From contig JAWXAQ010000002.1 of NCBI GenBank assembly GCA_034439575.1, positions 160,001-224,000 of the forward strand: a DNA stretch of 64,000 nt, written 5' to 3'. Shown piece after piece: positions 19,839 through 30,364 of the stretch (the stretch's first letter is position 1; each line of letters starts with the position of its first letter). This stretch comes from Leptospira sp. Lineage in GTDB: Bacteria; Spirochaetota; Leptospiria; Leptospirales; Leptospiraceae. The position numbers and the translations under genes were made by a program. The notes beneath the pieces were generated by a model. It saw only the letters and a program-made list of their open reading frames with translations, was not told the origin of the DNA and searched no databases.

Positions 19839-21935
19839 CTAAAATTCAATATTTTTAAACTTTAACTGTCGTTCGCATTCGGTTAGAAAAATTCTGGATA
19901 CATGGTCTTGTGGAATATGGTTCAGAATTCCTTTGAATAGTTCTTCTGCTTCTTCATAATCCTGTCTTCGGTAAGCTTCGAGTGCAAAAGTATAATCTTC
20001 TTTTTTTGAAATCAATGCATCTCGTTTTTCTTCGTCGTAACCATTCAAAACTTCTACAACGTAAACTGATTCCGTTTTGCCTTTGATGGAAACTCGGTCG
20101 AGCAATCTGTATTCATATCCTAGATCTTCTGTCGCTTCAATAAAAGTATCTGCACTAATTACGATTTCAGCACCAAACATTTTAGTCACACCTTCAATGC
20201 GGGATGCTAAATTGACGGCATCGGAAATCACTGTTCCTTCCATTCTTTCGTGTTCGCCGATGATACCGAGAATTAGATTTCCAGTATGAACGCCAACACC
20301 AACTTTGATCGGTTGGTAATTTGATTTGATACGATATTCATTATAGAGTCGAATTTCGCTTTGCATCTGTACGGCGGCCCGAATAGCATCGTCTGGATGG
20401 TTCGGGAAAAGAGCCATGATCGCATCACCAATAAATTTATCTATAAAACCATTGTTATGACGAATGATTGGACCAACTCTTTGTAAATAAGCATTTAAAA
20501 AATCAAAGTTTTCTTTGGGACTTAGAGTTTCTGAAAATTCGGTAAAAGATCGAATATCTGCAAAAAGGATGGTCATTTTCTTTTGGATCTGTTCACCTAA
20601 CTTTAAATCACGCACATCTTCTTTACCTAGATATTTTAAAAATTGTTTCGGAAAAAATCTGCTATAGGATTCATTTAAACCTATTAAATTTTTTGCGAGT
20701 TCTTTAGTTTGGACTAAGTTTTGTTTGATAGCATTTCCAAAAGTGGACACTTGAAGGATTACAAAAATAACAACTGCCATAGGTCCTACGTATAATGTGT
20801 GTATGACGACCTCTGCGTGCAAAGTATCATTTATCGCCGCCACAAGTAATAACAAAGTTCCACCTAGAAGAAGTTTTGAATCAGAACGATGCTCAAGATA
20901 ACTTTTTGTGAGTGAGTAGAAAATAAAAATCCCGTTGAGTATAAATACAAAAGGATAAATAGACGCAGTTTCTGTGAAGTAAACAGAAGGTAATATTAGT
21001 GCCAATGTCAAAATGGCTGATAGAATGTAGAATAAATTTGTAAACCTCTTATCAAAATCTAGAGGAAATATCGTTTTAAAGTAGCGTGTTAATATGGGAG
21101 CAGTCCAAAACCAAGATATATATTCCAATCTTAATATCAATGGATAAGGAACAGATATAAAGTCTAAAAGGATTCGTTCGCCTGTTGTGATATTTCTTAA
21201 AAGTACGATGCTTGCAAATAAAAATATGCCCAGTGCATGGTGCGATTTTCTTTCAAAAAAATAAAATATTAAAAAACAAAAACTAACAAATGCTAGAACG
21301 GCAGTGATTAAAGACTCGTTCATTTTTTTATGAGCTAATCTTTCATGTGCTCTTGTATATGGGCTTAGTAAAATATCATTCCAAGCTCCACCTTTTCTAT
21401 GAGAAAAATTTGAGACTACGAAATCTATGGTGATTTCTTTGTCTGTTTCTCTGATAGGTAAAATGACTATGGAAGACTTAGTCTCAGGAACACTTGCAAT
21501 CGAATTTGATCCGACTTTTCCTGCACCACCCAAGTATTTTCCATTCACATATATTGCATATGAAGTATCTTGTTCGCTAATTAATACTGCGAGTTGATTT
21601 TTGATTTCCGAATTTGGTAAGATAATTTTCAAACGATAAGTAGCTACTCCTTGGCCACCAAGCGTTTGTTTGTTTTTTAATTCGAATCCATTCCAATGGG
21701 AAGGAAGTGTTATGATCTCTGGATTTGTTTTAGCTGTGATCTCATGGGGTAAGGAAAAAGGAAAAAAATGCCATTCACCTTCTAATGATAAAAAAGGATT
21801 TTCTGAAAAGGAATGTGATGATAAATCTAATGAACCATTGATGATATGTGCTCTAGTTTTTTCCACTTCTGGCAAACAACCAAGGCAGAGATACATAAGA
21901 ATAAAAGATGAAATTCTAATGAACACCGTGAGCAA
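19839..21935 (-). CDS. 7TM-DISM sensor adenylate cyclase (class III)
   Basis: SLEGEWHF/LPSHW DISM ectodomain, 7 TM helices, FADIRSFT, DKFIGDAIMA, DAVNLASRIE. Confidence 0.9.
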   Translation of the reverse strand: MLTVFIRISSFILMYLCLGCLPEVEKTRAHIINGSLDLSSHSFSENPFLSLEGEWHFFPFSLPHEITAKTNPEIITLPSHWNGFELKNKQTLGGQGVATYRLKIILPNSEIKNQLAVLISEQDTSYAIYVNGKYLGGAGKVGSNSIASVPETKSSIVILPIRETDKEITIDFVVSNFSHRKGGAWNDILLSPYTRAHERLAHKKMNESLITAVLAFVSFCFLIFYFFERKSHHALGIFLFASIVLLRNITTGERILLDFISVPYPLILRLEYISWFWTAPILTRYFKTIFPLDFDKRFTNLFYILSAILTLALILPSVYFTETASIYPFVFILNGIFIFYSLTKSYLEHRSDSKLLLGGTLLLLVAAINDTLHAEVVIHTLYVGPMAVVIFVILQVSTFGNAIKQNLVQTKELAKNLIGLNESYSRFFPKQFLKYLGKEDVRDLKLGEQIQKKMTILFADIRSFTEFSETLSPKENFDFLNAYLQRVGPIIRHNNGFIDKFIGDAIMALFPNHPDDAIRAAVQMQSEIRLYNEYRIKSNYQPIKVGVGVHTGNLILGIIGEHERMEGTVISDAVNLASRIEGVTKMFGAEIVISADTFIEATEDLGYEYRLLDRVSIKGKTESVYVVEVLNGYDEEKRDALISKKEDYTFALEAYRRQDYEEAEELFKGILNHIPQDHVSRIFLTECERQLKFKNIEF

Positions 21936-22001
21936 GATTGTCTGCCTATCGCAAAAATCAAAAGTTAAAATTTTGATTCTTTGATTTTACTTAAGTTTAA
22001 T

Positions 22002-23567
22002 TCACTGAGTCAATCGAATAGGCCGTTGTGGAAAATTTGTATAGTCTTCAAATTTTGTAAATTTGATAGGATCTCTTTTATATCCTAGTAAATCTTCTAG
22101 TGGTTGGTACCGATTCATACCCATGCTGATCTCTATATCTTTCCCAGTGAATTGTAATGGGTGTTCATAACCGCAAGAGTGAGCAAGCGATAAGAGTTCT
22201 TTTCTAAATCCTTGGATGTATTTAGTGGCTCGCTTTCCTTTTAACTCAGGATCAACTCCTCTTTGCAACCACCAGTTTTGTGTGGCAACACCAGCAGGGC
22301 AATGATCAGTATGGCATTTTTGCGCTTGGATACAACCTATCGATAACATAGCTTCGCGTGCGATGTGAATTAAATCACAACCCATAGCAATGGCAACAAC
22401 TGCCCTATCAGGAAATCCTAATTTGCCTGAACCGATCCAAACTATATTTTTAGAGATTCCGTATTTTTGAAAGAGAGTATAAACACGTTGAAATCCTATT
22501 TTAAAAGGTAAGGACACATGATCCGCATACGTTAAGGGAGCCGCTCCTGTGCCACCTTCACCGCCATCAATCGTGATAAAGTCTGGCCCTTTGCCTGTAT
22601 GTTTGATTCTTTTTGCCAATTCTTCCCAAAATTCAATCTCTCCAACAGCACTCTTGATTCCCACAGGTAATCCTGTTGCATCTGCAATGCGTTCAATAAA
22701 ATCAATTAATTCTGAAACAGTACTAAACTCTCTATGTGAGTTAGGTGAAATACAATCTTTACCAACTTCCACTTGGCGAATTTGTGCAATTTCGGCATTG
22801 ACCTTGGCGGCTGGCAAAATACCACCTTTACCTGGTTTGGCGCCTTGTGAAAGTTTGATTTCTATAAGTCGAATGCAGGGATTGATTTCAACTTTATGTT
22901 TTAGTTTTTCTAAATTGAAATTGCCAGTCTCATCTCTTGCCCCAAAATACCCTGTGCCAATTTGCCACATAACATCTGCACCTTGTTTGTGATAATTTGA
23001 CAAACCACCTTCACCTGTATTGTGATAGGCGCCGGCATCTCTTGCACCTCGATTCAATGCCATAATCGCATTTTTTCCCAAGGAGCCAAAGGACATAGCA
23101 GATATATTTATGATCGAATAAGGTCTGTAAGGGTATTTTCGTTTTCGCCATTCGCCAATTATTTTTAGACCTGGAATACAACTTGGATCTTTTTCATAAA
23201 TGAAGGCTTTTGATTCGGGATATGGGAAGGCTCTGTGTTTGATAATCGGGTAACCTGGTTCGTATTGCAATTCAGTCGTTCCAAATCCAAAGTTATTATT
23301 TTGGCCTTTGGCTGTTGCATAGATCCAACTTCTTTCTGTTCTATCAAAAGGACGTTCTTCTTTATCATTGGCCACCCAGTACTGTCTGAGTTCGGGTCCA
23401 ATCATTTCTAAAAAGTATCTTAAGCGACCAACGATGGGAAAGTTTCTCTGAATTGTATGTTTTTTCTGAGTGACGTCGCGTATAAAAATTATGATAAAAA
23501 ATAGCAATACGCCTATCCATACCGAAGACCAAAGATGTGATTCGATCCATGTGAGAATTTGTTCCAT
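22002..23567 (-). CDS. FMN-binding glutamate synthase family protein
   Basis: SAMSFGSL, NTGEGG, EIKLSQGAKPGKGG, CIQAQKCHTDHCP Fe-S motif. Confidence 0.92.
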   Translation of the reverse strand: MEQILTWIESHLWSSVWIGVLLFFIIIFIRDVTQKKHTIQRNFPIVGRLRYFLEMIGPELRQYWVANDKEERPFDRTERSWIYATAKGQNNNFGFGTTELQYEPGYPIIKHRAFPYPESKAFIYEKDPSCIPGLKIIGEWRKRKYPYRPYSIINISAMSFGSLGKNAIMALNRGARDAGAYHNTGEGGLSNYHKQGADVMWQIGTGYFGARDETGNFNLEKLKHKVEINPCIRLIEIKLSQGAKPGKGGILPAAKVNAEIAQIRQVEVGKDCISPNSHREFSTVSELIDFIERIADATGLPVGIKSAVGEIEFWEELAKRIKHTGKGPDFITIDGGEGGTGAAPLTYADHVSLPFKIGFQRVYTLFQKYGISKNIVWIGSGKLGFPDRAVVAIAMGCDLIHIAREAMLSIGCIQAQKCHTDHCPAGVATQNWWLQRGVDPELKGKRATKYIQGFRKELLSLAHSCGYEHPLQFTGKDIEISMGMNRYQPLEDLLGYKRDPIKFTKFEDYTNFPQRPIRLTQ

Positions 23568-23614
23568 ATTACCTGCCGGAAGGAAACTCTAGTAGGGAAT
23601 TTTAAAAATTCAAG

Positions 23615-24022
23615 CTAAGATTGATCTAAGTGAGTGGCTTTTAAGAATTTTTCTTTGGTTAAAGGTTTTGCAATGTAGCCAGATAACAGATGATTTTCCG
23701 CGGCTCGTTCCAAATCTTCTTCATCAATGGAAGAACTCACCATAAAAATTTTGTTTGGTTTTGCTAATTTGTTTTTTAGCAAATGGTATTCATCCAAAAA
23801 CTGCCAACCATCTTTGAAAGGCATATTAATATCTAAGAATATATAATCAGGAAGTAATTGAAAGGAATGAAGATTTGCTTTCAAATAATTAAGAGCTTCT
23901 TCTCCGTCGGAAAAAATAATAATATCTAAAGGAATATCTACGTTTGATATTATTTTTTTACTCGTGAATTGATAAATTTTATCATCATCAACGATACAGA
24001 CTATTTTTCGCTCAGAATTCAT
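23615..24022 (-). CDS. Single-domain response regulator
   Basis: VDDD, LDINMP (phospho-Asp), SSS, KP. Confidence 0.92.
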   Translation of the reverse strand: MNSERKIVCIVDDDKIYQFTSKKIISNVDIPLDIIIFSDGEEALNYLKANLHSFQLLPDYIFLDINMPFKDGWQFLDEYHLLKNKLAKPNKIFMVSSSIDEEDLERAAENHLLSGYIAKPLTKEKFLKATHLDQS

Positions 24023-24211
24023 TTGCTAAAAATTTTCCGAATCATAAGGAAATAAGAATTAAGACAACTCCTTTATTGTCTACTCTTTACGACGTATGAA
24101 AATCCGAATTTCATTTTAAAATTTCTTAGATTCAATTTTTTTTGATTCAAGAAATCACTGATTTCAACCTTCATTTTCAGGTGGCCGCCTAAAACATTTA
24201 GAGGTAATTGA

Positions 24212-24565
24212 ATGAAAAATCTTTCTTACATCATATTGGATGGGAATTTAACACATGATCCAGAACTTAAAAATACAAGTCTGGGAAAATCAGTCACAAA
24301 CTTTACAGTCGCTGTGAATCATTCTGCAGGTTATACGGATGATAAAGAAGCAGAAGATGTTTCTTTTTTTGAAGTAGAGGCTTGGGAAAAAATGGGAGAA
24401 AATTGTTCGGAGTATCTCAAAAAAGGAAGCAAAGTAACAGTGATGGGAAACCTCAAACAAAGTCGTTGGAAGACAAACGAAGGAGAAAACAAATCAAGAG
24501 TAAAAGTGATTGCTACTTCCGTACGTTTTGACAGTCCAAAAAGAAAAGAGGCGAAAGCAGCTTGA
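24212..24565 (+). CDS. ssb: Single-stranded DNA-binding protein (short paralog)
   Basis: GNLTHDPELK, FTVAVN, VEAWEK, YLKKGSKVTVMGNL...W OB-fold motifs. Confidence 0.9.
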   Translation: MKNLSYIILDGNLTHDPELKNTSLGKSVTNFTVAVNHSAGYTDDKEAEDVSFFEVEAWEKMGENCSEYLKKGSKVTVMGNLKQSRWKTNEGENKSRVKVIATSVRFDSPKRKEAKAA

Positions 24566-24570
24566 TCTTG

Positions 24571-24605
24571 TTATGTGCGGGCTTTTTTGCTCGCACATAA
24601 ATTTT
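24571..24605. terminator. Terminator hairpin between ssb and the convergent gene
   Basis: TTATGTGCGGGC-TTTTTT-GCTCGCACATAA stem-loop. Confidence 0.7.
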
Positions 24606-25530
24606 ATGGTAGGTAGATCGTTTTTTTTCTCTTTTTTAGATGGTTCTCTTTTTGCGTGGGGATTTCTTTTTCATGTTTTGGTGGGGCAAATTTTTCTACT
24701 TCCGTCTCTGAATCTATAGGCAATTTCGGTATTTCAATCACTTCTGCTTTCTGTTCTTCGATTTTTTTTCCATTTTTTAAAATTGCTAGGACTTTGAAAT
24801 ATGTTGGCGAAGTAGTTAATTTCCATTCCCTATAATTGACTATTTCCGCATCACCAAGATTTGTGGAAGAAGGGATTGTGATCTTTTCACCAGGATTTCC
24901 TGAAGGAATTCTATCTTTATTGAGATTCGCTATTTTGCTTTTGACATATGATCTATTTGATTCTAGGTTATCACTTGTTTGGTTTCCTGATTTATTGCTG
25001 TATACGTTTTTCACCAAATTACAGTTTTGATTACCATTGGCACAGGCTATATCTATAAAAGGTGCAAGATAAATCATTTCAATTTGAAAGGATATGTATT
25101 CGCCGACTCCTGGCGGTATCTTTCCATTTAACTCTATTCGCTGGCTTAAAAATTCGATCGCTGTAATTGTATCTGTTTGGAGTGGATGCGTATCTAAAAT
25201 TTCTCCTTTATGATTACGTAAAATAATTTTTGGATTGATGATCTTTCCTGAATTGATATCTTCAATCAAGTTTATGCCATTTGTTTTATAATTGATTAAG
25301 ATTTCAGTTGATAATTTGTTTGAGTCGCCAAGATCAAAATTTATGGAATTTTCTTCGTTTGGTGATGGATTTTTTGTATCGTATAATGAAAGTAAGTTGG
25401 ATGAAAGGATTTTGATCCCATCCAGATTGATGACGTTATCTTTTGGTAGAGTATAAGATATACTTTGGCAACCAAATATCAAACTGATAAAAAATACAAA
25501 AAAGAAATATGGATAAAGTTTTAATTTCAT
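24604..25530 (-). CDS. Hypothetical lipoprotein
   Basis: Signal peptide with IFGC lipobox; 308-aa ORF. Confidence 0.7.
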   Translation of the reverse strand: MKLKLYPYFFFVFFISLIFGCQSISYTLPKDNVINLDGIKILSSNLLSLYDTKNPSPNEENSINFDLGDSNKLSTEILINYKTNGINLIEDINSGKIINPKIILRNHKGEILDTHPLQTDTITAIEFLSQRIELNGKIPPGVGEYISFQIEMIYLAPFIDIACANGNQNCNLVKNVYSNKSGNQTSDNLESNRSYVKSKIANLNKDRIPSGNPGEKITIPSSTNLGDAEIVNYREWKLTTSPTYFKVLAILKNGKKIEEQKAEVIEIPKLPIDSETEVEKFAPPKHEKEIPTQKENHLKKRKKTIYLP

Positions 25531-25573
25531 AGCGATGATTTTCCTCCAAGGAAATTCCTTGGAGGTTGTTTTC

Positions 25574-26077
25574 TTAGTAAGGAGTCACCGACATAAAAGG
25601 TACTGGGCCTTCTGTTTCTTTTAGCTCTATCATTTCATTGTTTTCTGATTTAAATAATTTTCCAGGTTGGTTAGCAAAAGCATAAAAAGTGGCATTGCCA
25701 GTTTTTGAAATAGCTTCTACTTTTAATTCTTTACCGAATTTAGAATAAGTTAGGCGGACATTTTCGTTGCCATCATTGTATTCTTTGACAAGAGTTCCGT
25801 CCATATTGTATTCTGACATGGCAATAGGATTGGAATCAGTCCAAAATTCAACAAGGTTGAATAAGATTAAATCCAAAAACGTTGCGATCCAATATGCAAA
25901 GCTGAAAGGAATGTACATCAAAATGGTGCGAATCAATTTTGCAATTTTTCCACTTCCAATTGTGATTCCAGCGTTGATTCCATATACGGTTTTAGTTAGG
26001 CCAAATTTTCCAAAACAATTTGATAAAGAACCTAAAGAGACGAGCGCTATGCTCAAAATTGTAATAATGCGTTTCAT
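25574..26077 (-). CDS. DUF3332 family lipoprotein
   Basis: CFGKFGLTK and DLILFNLVEFWTDSNP signatures. Confidence 0.85.
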   Translation of the reverse strand: MKRIITILSIALVSLGSLSNCFGKFGLTKTVYGINAGITIGSGKIAKLIRTILMYIPFSFAYWIATFLDLILFNLVEFWTDSNPIAMSEYNMDGTLVKEYNDGNENVRLTYSKFGKELKVEAISKTGNATFYAFANQPGKLFKSENNEMIELKETEGPVPFMSVTPY

Positions 26078-26185
26078 TTTTACCTCTATTTTGTTTGATC
26101 TTTGATTCTCTGAATTAGTTTAGCAAGCCGAAATGATTGACGCGATACAAATTTCTGAATGTATCGTAATTGCTAAGGAAAACCA

Positions 26186-27655
26186 TTGATTTTCTCCGAT
26201 TTTGAATACTTTGTTTTTTTCCTCTTCGTTTTTTTTACTGTTTGGTATCTATTTCCTGCACTGATTTGGGATGAAAGAAAGGAAAAACGGATATTACATA
26301 TATTCCTTCTTATCGCCAGTTATTTTTTTTATATGTCTTGGGATTATCGATTTGGCGCATTGATACTCCTTTCCACTTTTATTGATTATTATGTAGGGAT
26401 GAGGTTGGCAAAAACTGAATCTAAGTCCTGGAGACTAGCATTATTATATTTTAGTTTAATTACAAATTTAGTTTTTATCTTAGGGTTTTTTAAATATTAT
26501 AATTTTTTAGCATCTACGACAAACTCTGTTGGTTTGCATCTGTTTGGTGAACCTGCTCTTCCTATTTTAAATATAATTTTACCAGCGGGAATTTCCTTTT
26601 TTACATTCCAGTCATTAAGTTATACGATCGATGTTTACAGAAAAGAAATTCCAGCGGAAAGGGATTTTATCAAATTTGCTCTTTTTGTCAGTTTTTTCCC
26701 CCAACTCGTTGCGGGTCCGATTGTAACAGCAAGAACATTTGTCCCACAATTGTATGAGATTAAAAAATTTGAAAACATTGAATTTCGCATTGCAATTCGT
26801 TTTTTTATGTTAGGTTATTTTAAAAAAGCAGTTTTATCCGACCAAATTGCACCTACCATCGATTTAATTTACAAAGATCCGACGTCTCTTCACACTTTTA
26901 CTTTATGGATAGGATCTGTATTTGGTGGGATTCAAGTATATTTAGACTTTAGCGGTTATACGGATATGGCCATTGGAAGTGCATTGCTTTTGGGATATAA
27001 ACTTCCAACTAACTTTAATTTACCTTTTATTGCCACATCGGTTTCTGGATTTTGGAGGCGTTGGCATATTACCTTAAATTCTTGGTTACGCGATTATATT
27101 TATTTTCCTATGGGTGGCAGTCGTGTATCGCCTATTCGTAGAAAATTCAATATTTGGTTTACTATGTTTGCGAGTGGAGTTTGGCATGGTGCGAATTGGA
27201 CTTATGTTTTTTGGGGATCTTTGAATGGTGTTTTTTATATGATAGAAGAGCTATATAAAGATCTATTTGGGAAAGAGGCAGTACTTGAAATCAGTTCGAT
27301 GGGGAATAGGATCTATTCTGCTTTCAAATGGTTTTTTCAAAATACGATCACAAATCTTCTTTTTTTTATGGGAGCAGTATTCTTTCGTTCGAGTACATTT
27401 GAAAATGCGATTTTGCATTTAAAGGGAATGTTTGTTTGGCAAAATGGACTGTTTCGTCCGTATATGTGGAAGGAATTTTTATGGATCAGTGTTCTTGTTG
27501 CACTGGGACATATTTTCGGCTACCTAATATTCGAAAAAAAGAAAGTAACCAACTTTCCCGTAACTTTCGAACTTGCACTTTACCCTGTTATCATACTTTT
27601 GCTTTGTCTTTTCACTCCCGAAAATTCGACTCCTTTCATATACTTCCAATTCTAA
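26186..27655 (+). CDS. MBOAT O-acyltransferase (AlgI/DltB type)
   Basis: LPAGISFFTFQSLSY, FFPQLVAGPI, DFSGYTDMA, FWRRWHITL, SGVWHGA. Confidence 0.95.
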   Translation: MIFSDFEYFVFFLFVFFTVWYLFPALIWDERKEKRILHIFLLIASYFFYMSWDYRFGALILLSTFIDYYVGMRLAKTESKSWRLALLYFSLITNLVFILGFFKYYNFLASTTNSVGLHLFGEPALPILNIILPAGISFFTFQSLSYTIDVYRKEIPAERDFIKFALFVSFFPQLVAGPIVTARTFVPQLYEIKKFENIEFRIAIRFFMLGYFKKAVLSDQIAPTIDLIYKDPTSLHTFTLWIGSVFGGIQVYLDFSGYTDMAIGSALLLGYKLPTNFNLPFIATSVSGFWRRWHITLNSWLRDYIYFPMGGSRVSPIRRKFNIWFTMFASGVWHGANWTYVFWGSLNGVFYMIEELYKDLFGKEAVLEISSMGNRIYSAFKWFFQNTITNLLFFMGAVFFRSSTFENAILHLKGMFVWQNGLFRPYMWKEFLWISVLVALGHIFGYLIFEKKKVTNFPVTFELALYPVIILLLCLFTPENSTPFIYFQF

Positions 27656-27703
27656 ATCCCTTTTTTCGTTTTCACAAAATCACAACCTCGGCATAATGCT
27701 TCC

Positions 27704-28048
27704 ATGGATAGCGAACGCAGACTTCCAAGGATATCACCGAGAGAATTTCGAGACTTCGAAATCCATTTGGACTTAGACGGTGTGACTCTGATTGGCAAGT
27801 TGGGTAATATCTCGGAAGAAGGGCTTTGTTTTTTAGGCGAAGATGATCTTTTATCCGATGAATTGCAAACTCTCGTTATCGGGACGATACTTTGGGCCAA
27901 TCGAACACAGAGAATGTTTTTCGAAGGAAAAATCATGTGGGTTCAAACTGCAAAAATTCGTGGTGTTGAATATCACTTGGCTGGTATTCAATTTGATGTA
28001 AAATTAAATCTCACTGATTCGATGTTAGCTAGGAGTCTTGAAATTTGA
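27704..28048 (+). CDS. PilZ domain c-di-GMP receptor
   Basis: RxxxR (RRLPR) and NxSxxG (NISEEG) motifs are intact. Confidence 0.85.
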   Translation: MDSERRLPRISPREFRDFEIHLDLDGVTLIGKLGNISEEGLCFLGEDDLLSDELQTLVIGTILWANRTQRMFFEGKIMWVQTAKIRGVEYHLAGIQFDVKLNLTDSMLARSLEI

Positions 28049-28057
28049 AGGTTACTC

Positions 28058-28915
28058 TTGTCTAAGATAAAGATCACCTTATTTGCCTTATTCATTGTTC
28101 AAAATTGTAAGACCATCGAAAATCTAATCAATCCTATCTATGTCACTGCGGGCGTAGAAACCATCTCTGCACTTTTTTATTCCAGAGAACCAGAAGATTA
28201 TAATATATTTAACCAAGTACTTGATTCAAATTCTGCATCCGCCTCACCGCAACGTTACCAAACACATTCCTATAGTTCTGCCGAAAAAGCATTCTTCACG
28301 ATAGGATCCATTCCGCAAAGACCTTGGAAAGATTTTGGATTTATGAAATACTTCGCATACAAATTCAGTTTGGAATCGCCAAGGTTATTTCGTGGGACTT
28401 TGATACATTATCCTGATTCGGGAATCCAAATCAATGATCCATTCCTTAGCTATGCGATTGATAAACAAGGACCGAATGCTTTGTACAGCCAAAGAGTGGA
28501 TTTTACTTATTATGATGCGCGTGGATTTGCTATACTTTATGCTGGGTATTTTGATAATCCAAATTGGTTTTTTGGTGCGGGCATAGGTGCTGGAATTTCA
28601 AATTATAGCCTTCAATTAGTAGAAAATTTACAAGTTATCTCTGATGTTAGAAATCGGAATCGAACTATATATAATGCCTCACTGATTTACGGATATAAAA
28701 TCGGAAATTATTTTGAAGACTCAATTCTGGAAGATACGTATTTATACCTTGAGTTAACAAATGAATTTTTATTTTTTAATCCAGTGGCGGCAAGAGTTAC
28801 GACCACTAACGGGACAAATGCGGATTCGCTCTATCTAAACATGCAATATGCTAGGTTAGGAATTATTAAAGAAGTAAATTTAGTCTCAAGTAAAAGCAAG
28901 GATCAAGCGCTATGA
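28058..28915 (+). CDS. Hypothetical lipoprotein/outer-membrane beta-rich protein
   Basis: Signal peptide ending QNC; alternating aromatic/Gly beta-strand pattern (FFGAGIGAG). Confidence 0.55.
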   Translation: MSKIKITLFALFIVQNCKTIENLINPIYVTAGVETISALFYSREPEDYNIFNQVLDSNSASASPQRYQTHSYSSAEKAFFTIGSIPQRPWKDFGFMKYFAYKFSLESPRLFRGTLIHYPDSGIQINDPFLSYAIDKQGPNALYSQRVDFTYYDARGFAILYAGYFDNPNWFFGAGIGAGISNYSLQLVENLQVISDVRNRNRTIYNASLIYGYKIGNYFEDSILEDTYLYLELTNEFLFFNPVAARVTTTNGTNADSLYLNMQYARLGIIKEVNLVSSKSKDQAL

Positions 28916-29604
28916 AAAAAATCAATTTATTGTTACTCGGTGGCACTGGACTCATCGGAACAGAAGTTCTAAAATCTCTTTTGTTTTATCCACAAATCCA
29001 AAAAACGATAGTTTGGGCAAGGAATGGCAATGCAGATACGAATGGCAGACCCATTGAAGTACAATCCGTAACTTGGGAATCTTTTTCAAGTGGAGAGGTA
29101 AAATTTCCAAAAGAAATTGATGCCATAATTTGTTGTTTGGGTACAACGATTAAAAAAGCTGGATCACAAGAAAAATTTAAAGAAGTAGATTATGAATATC
29201 CTTTGTTAGCTGCCAAAAAAGCGATGGAAGCTGGCGTAAAAGCATTTTTAATTGTGACTGCCATGGGATCTGAAGCGAATTCATTAGTATTTTATAATCG
29301 AGTTAAGGGTGAAATTGAACGCGAATTAAGAGCATTGGGATTTCCTTTTTTGGGGATATTTCGTCCTTCTTTACTGATTGGAGATCGCAAAGAAGTCAGG
29401 ATGGGTGAAAAAATAGGGGAGTTTGTTGGAGCCTTATTACCATTTACACTCCTTGGACTCAAAAAATACAAACCAATACATGCAGATTTTGTAGCGAGGT
29501 CTATGCTTAAAAATTTGGTAAATAAATTTGAATCTTTAAACAAAGAACCAGAAATACTGATTATAGAAAATGATCAAATGTTGGAATTAGGCAAGGAAAT
29601 TTAA
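28912..29604 (+). CDS. NAD(P)-binding oxidoreductase (YraR/TIP30-like)
   Basis: GGTGLIG, CCLGTTIKKAGS, YNRVKG, RPSLLIGDR. Confidence 0.9.
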   Translation: MKKINLLLLGGTGLIGTEVLKSLLFYPQIQKTIVWARNGNADTNGRPIEVQSVTWESFSSGEVKFPKEIDAIICCLGTTIKKAGSQEKFKEVDYEYPLLAAKKAMEAGVKAFLIVTAMGSEANSLVFYNRVKGEIERELRALGFPFLGIFRPSLLIGDRKEVRMGEKIGEFVGALLPFTLLGLKKYKPIHADFVARSMLKNLVNKFESLNKEPEILIIENDQMLELGKEI

Positions 29605-30332
29605 TGGCTGAGACTCCACAAAAACCATATAGCAAAACAAAATATATAATCTTGAGTTATATTGTTCATTTAATTGTTGTTGTATGGTATTTTTTTGTTA
29701 GAAAAAAAGATCTTATCATTCCCGAAGCATCAAAGAAAATTATCGATGGGGGAGGGGGATTTATCATAGCCGTCTATCATGAAACCACACTCTCATTATA
29801 TAGGCATGCAACACAATATTTACAAAAAAAGAAAAAAGCACAAATGGTGGCTCTCGTCTCACAATCTAAAGACGGAGAGATCATCCACCAGACGTTTGCT
29901 AGGTCAAACCTGCCGAGTGTTAGAGGTTCGAGTACGCGTGGGGGCACGGGAGCATTTCGTGCGATTCTCAAAGAGATGAAACAAAGGCATGTACCTATTT
30001 TTACAGTTGATGGACCGAAAGGACCTCGTCACGAAGTGAAACCTGGAGTCATTGCCACGGCTTCTATTACGGGAGCACCGATTCTATATTTGGATTCACG
30101 GTATGACAGGCATTATCAGTTTAAAAGTTGGGATAAACATTTTTTTCCAAAATTTGGTGCCAAACTCTATATCCAATATGGGGAACCATTTTTAGTCCCC
30201 AAAGGGCTCAGTGAATCTGAGATCGAAGTTTGGGCGAAAAAATTAGAAGAAAAAATGGATCTAAATCGTAAAAAGCTAGAAGCCTTTGTTCAGGAGAAAC
30301 ACCCGAACAATTCTATTGACACCATGCTATAA
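29604..30332 (+). CDS. DUF374 lysophospholipid acyltransferase-family protein
   Basis: SQSKDGE, VRGSSTRGG, TVDGPKGP, SWD. Confidence 0.88.
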   Translation: MAETPQKPYSKTKYIILSYIVHLIVVVWYFFVRKKDLIIPEASKKIIDGGGGFIIAVYHETTLSLYRHATQYLQKKKKAQMVALVSQSKDGEIIHQTFARSNLPSVRGSSTRGGTGAFRAILKEMKQRHVPIFTVDGPKGPRHEVKPGVIATASITGAPILYLDSRYDRHYQFKSWDKHFFPKFGAKLYIQYGEPFLVPKGLSESEIEVWAKKLEEKMDLNRKKLEAFVQEKHPNNSIDTML

Positions 30333-30333
30333 T
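30325..30333 (+). promoter_or_regulatory. Extended -10 promoter element for metK
   Basis: Perfect TGnTATAAT (TGCTATAAT) about 30 nt upstream of the metK ATG. Confidence 0.5.
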
Positions 30334-30364
30334 TCAAAAGTTTAGCGAAGTAAGGTAAAAAAGT

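Noticed and set aside
30333-30364. SAM riboswitch upstream of metK
   Set aside because: Only 32 nt of intergenic space and no S-box consensus.
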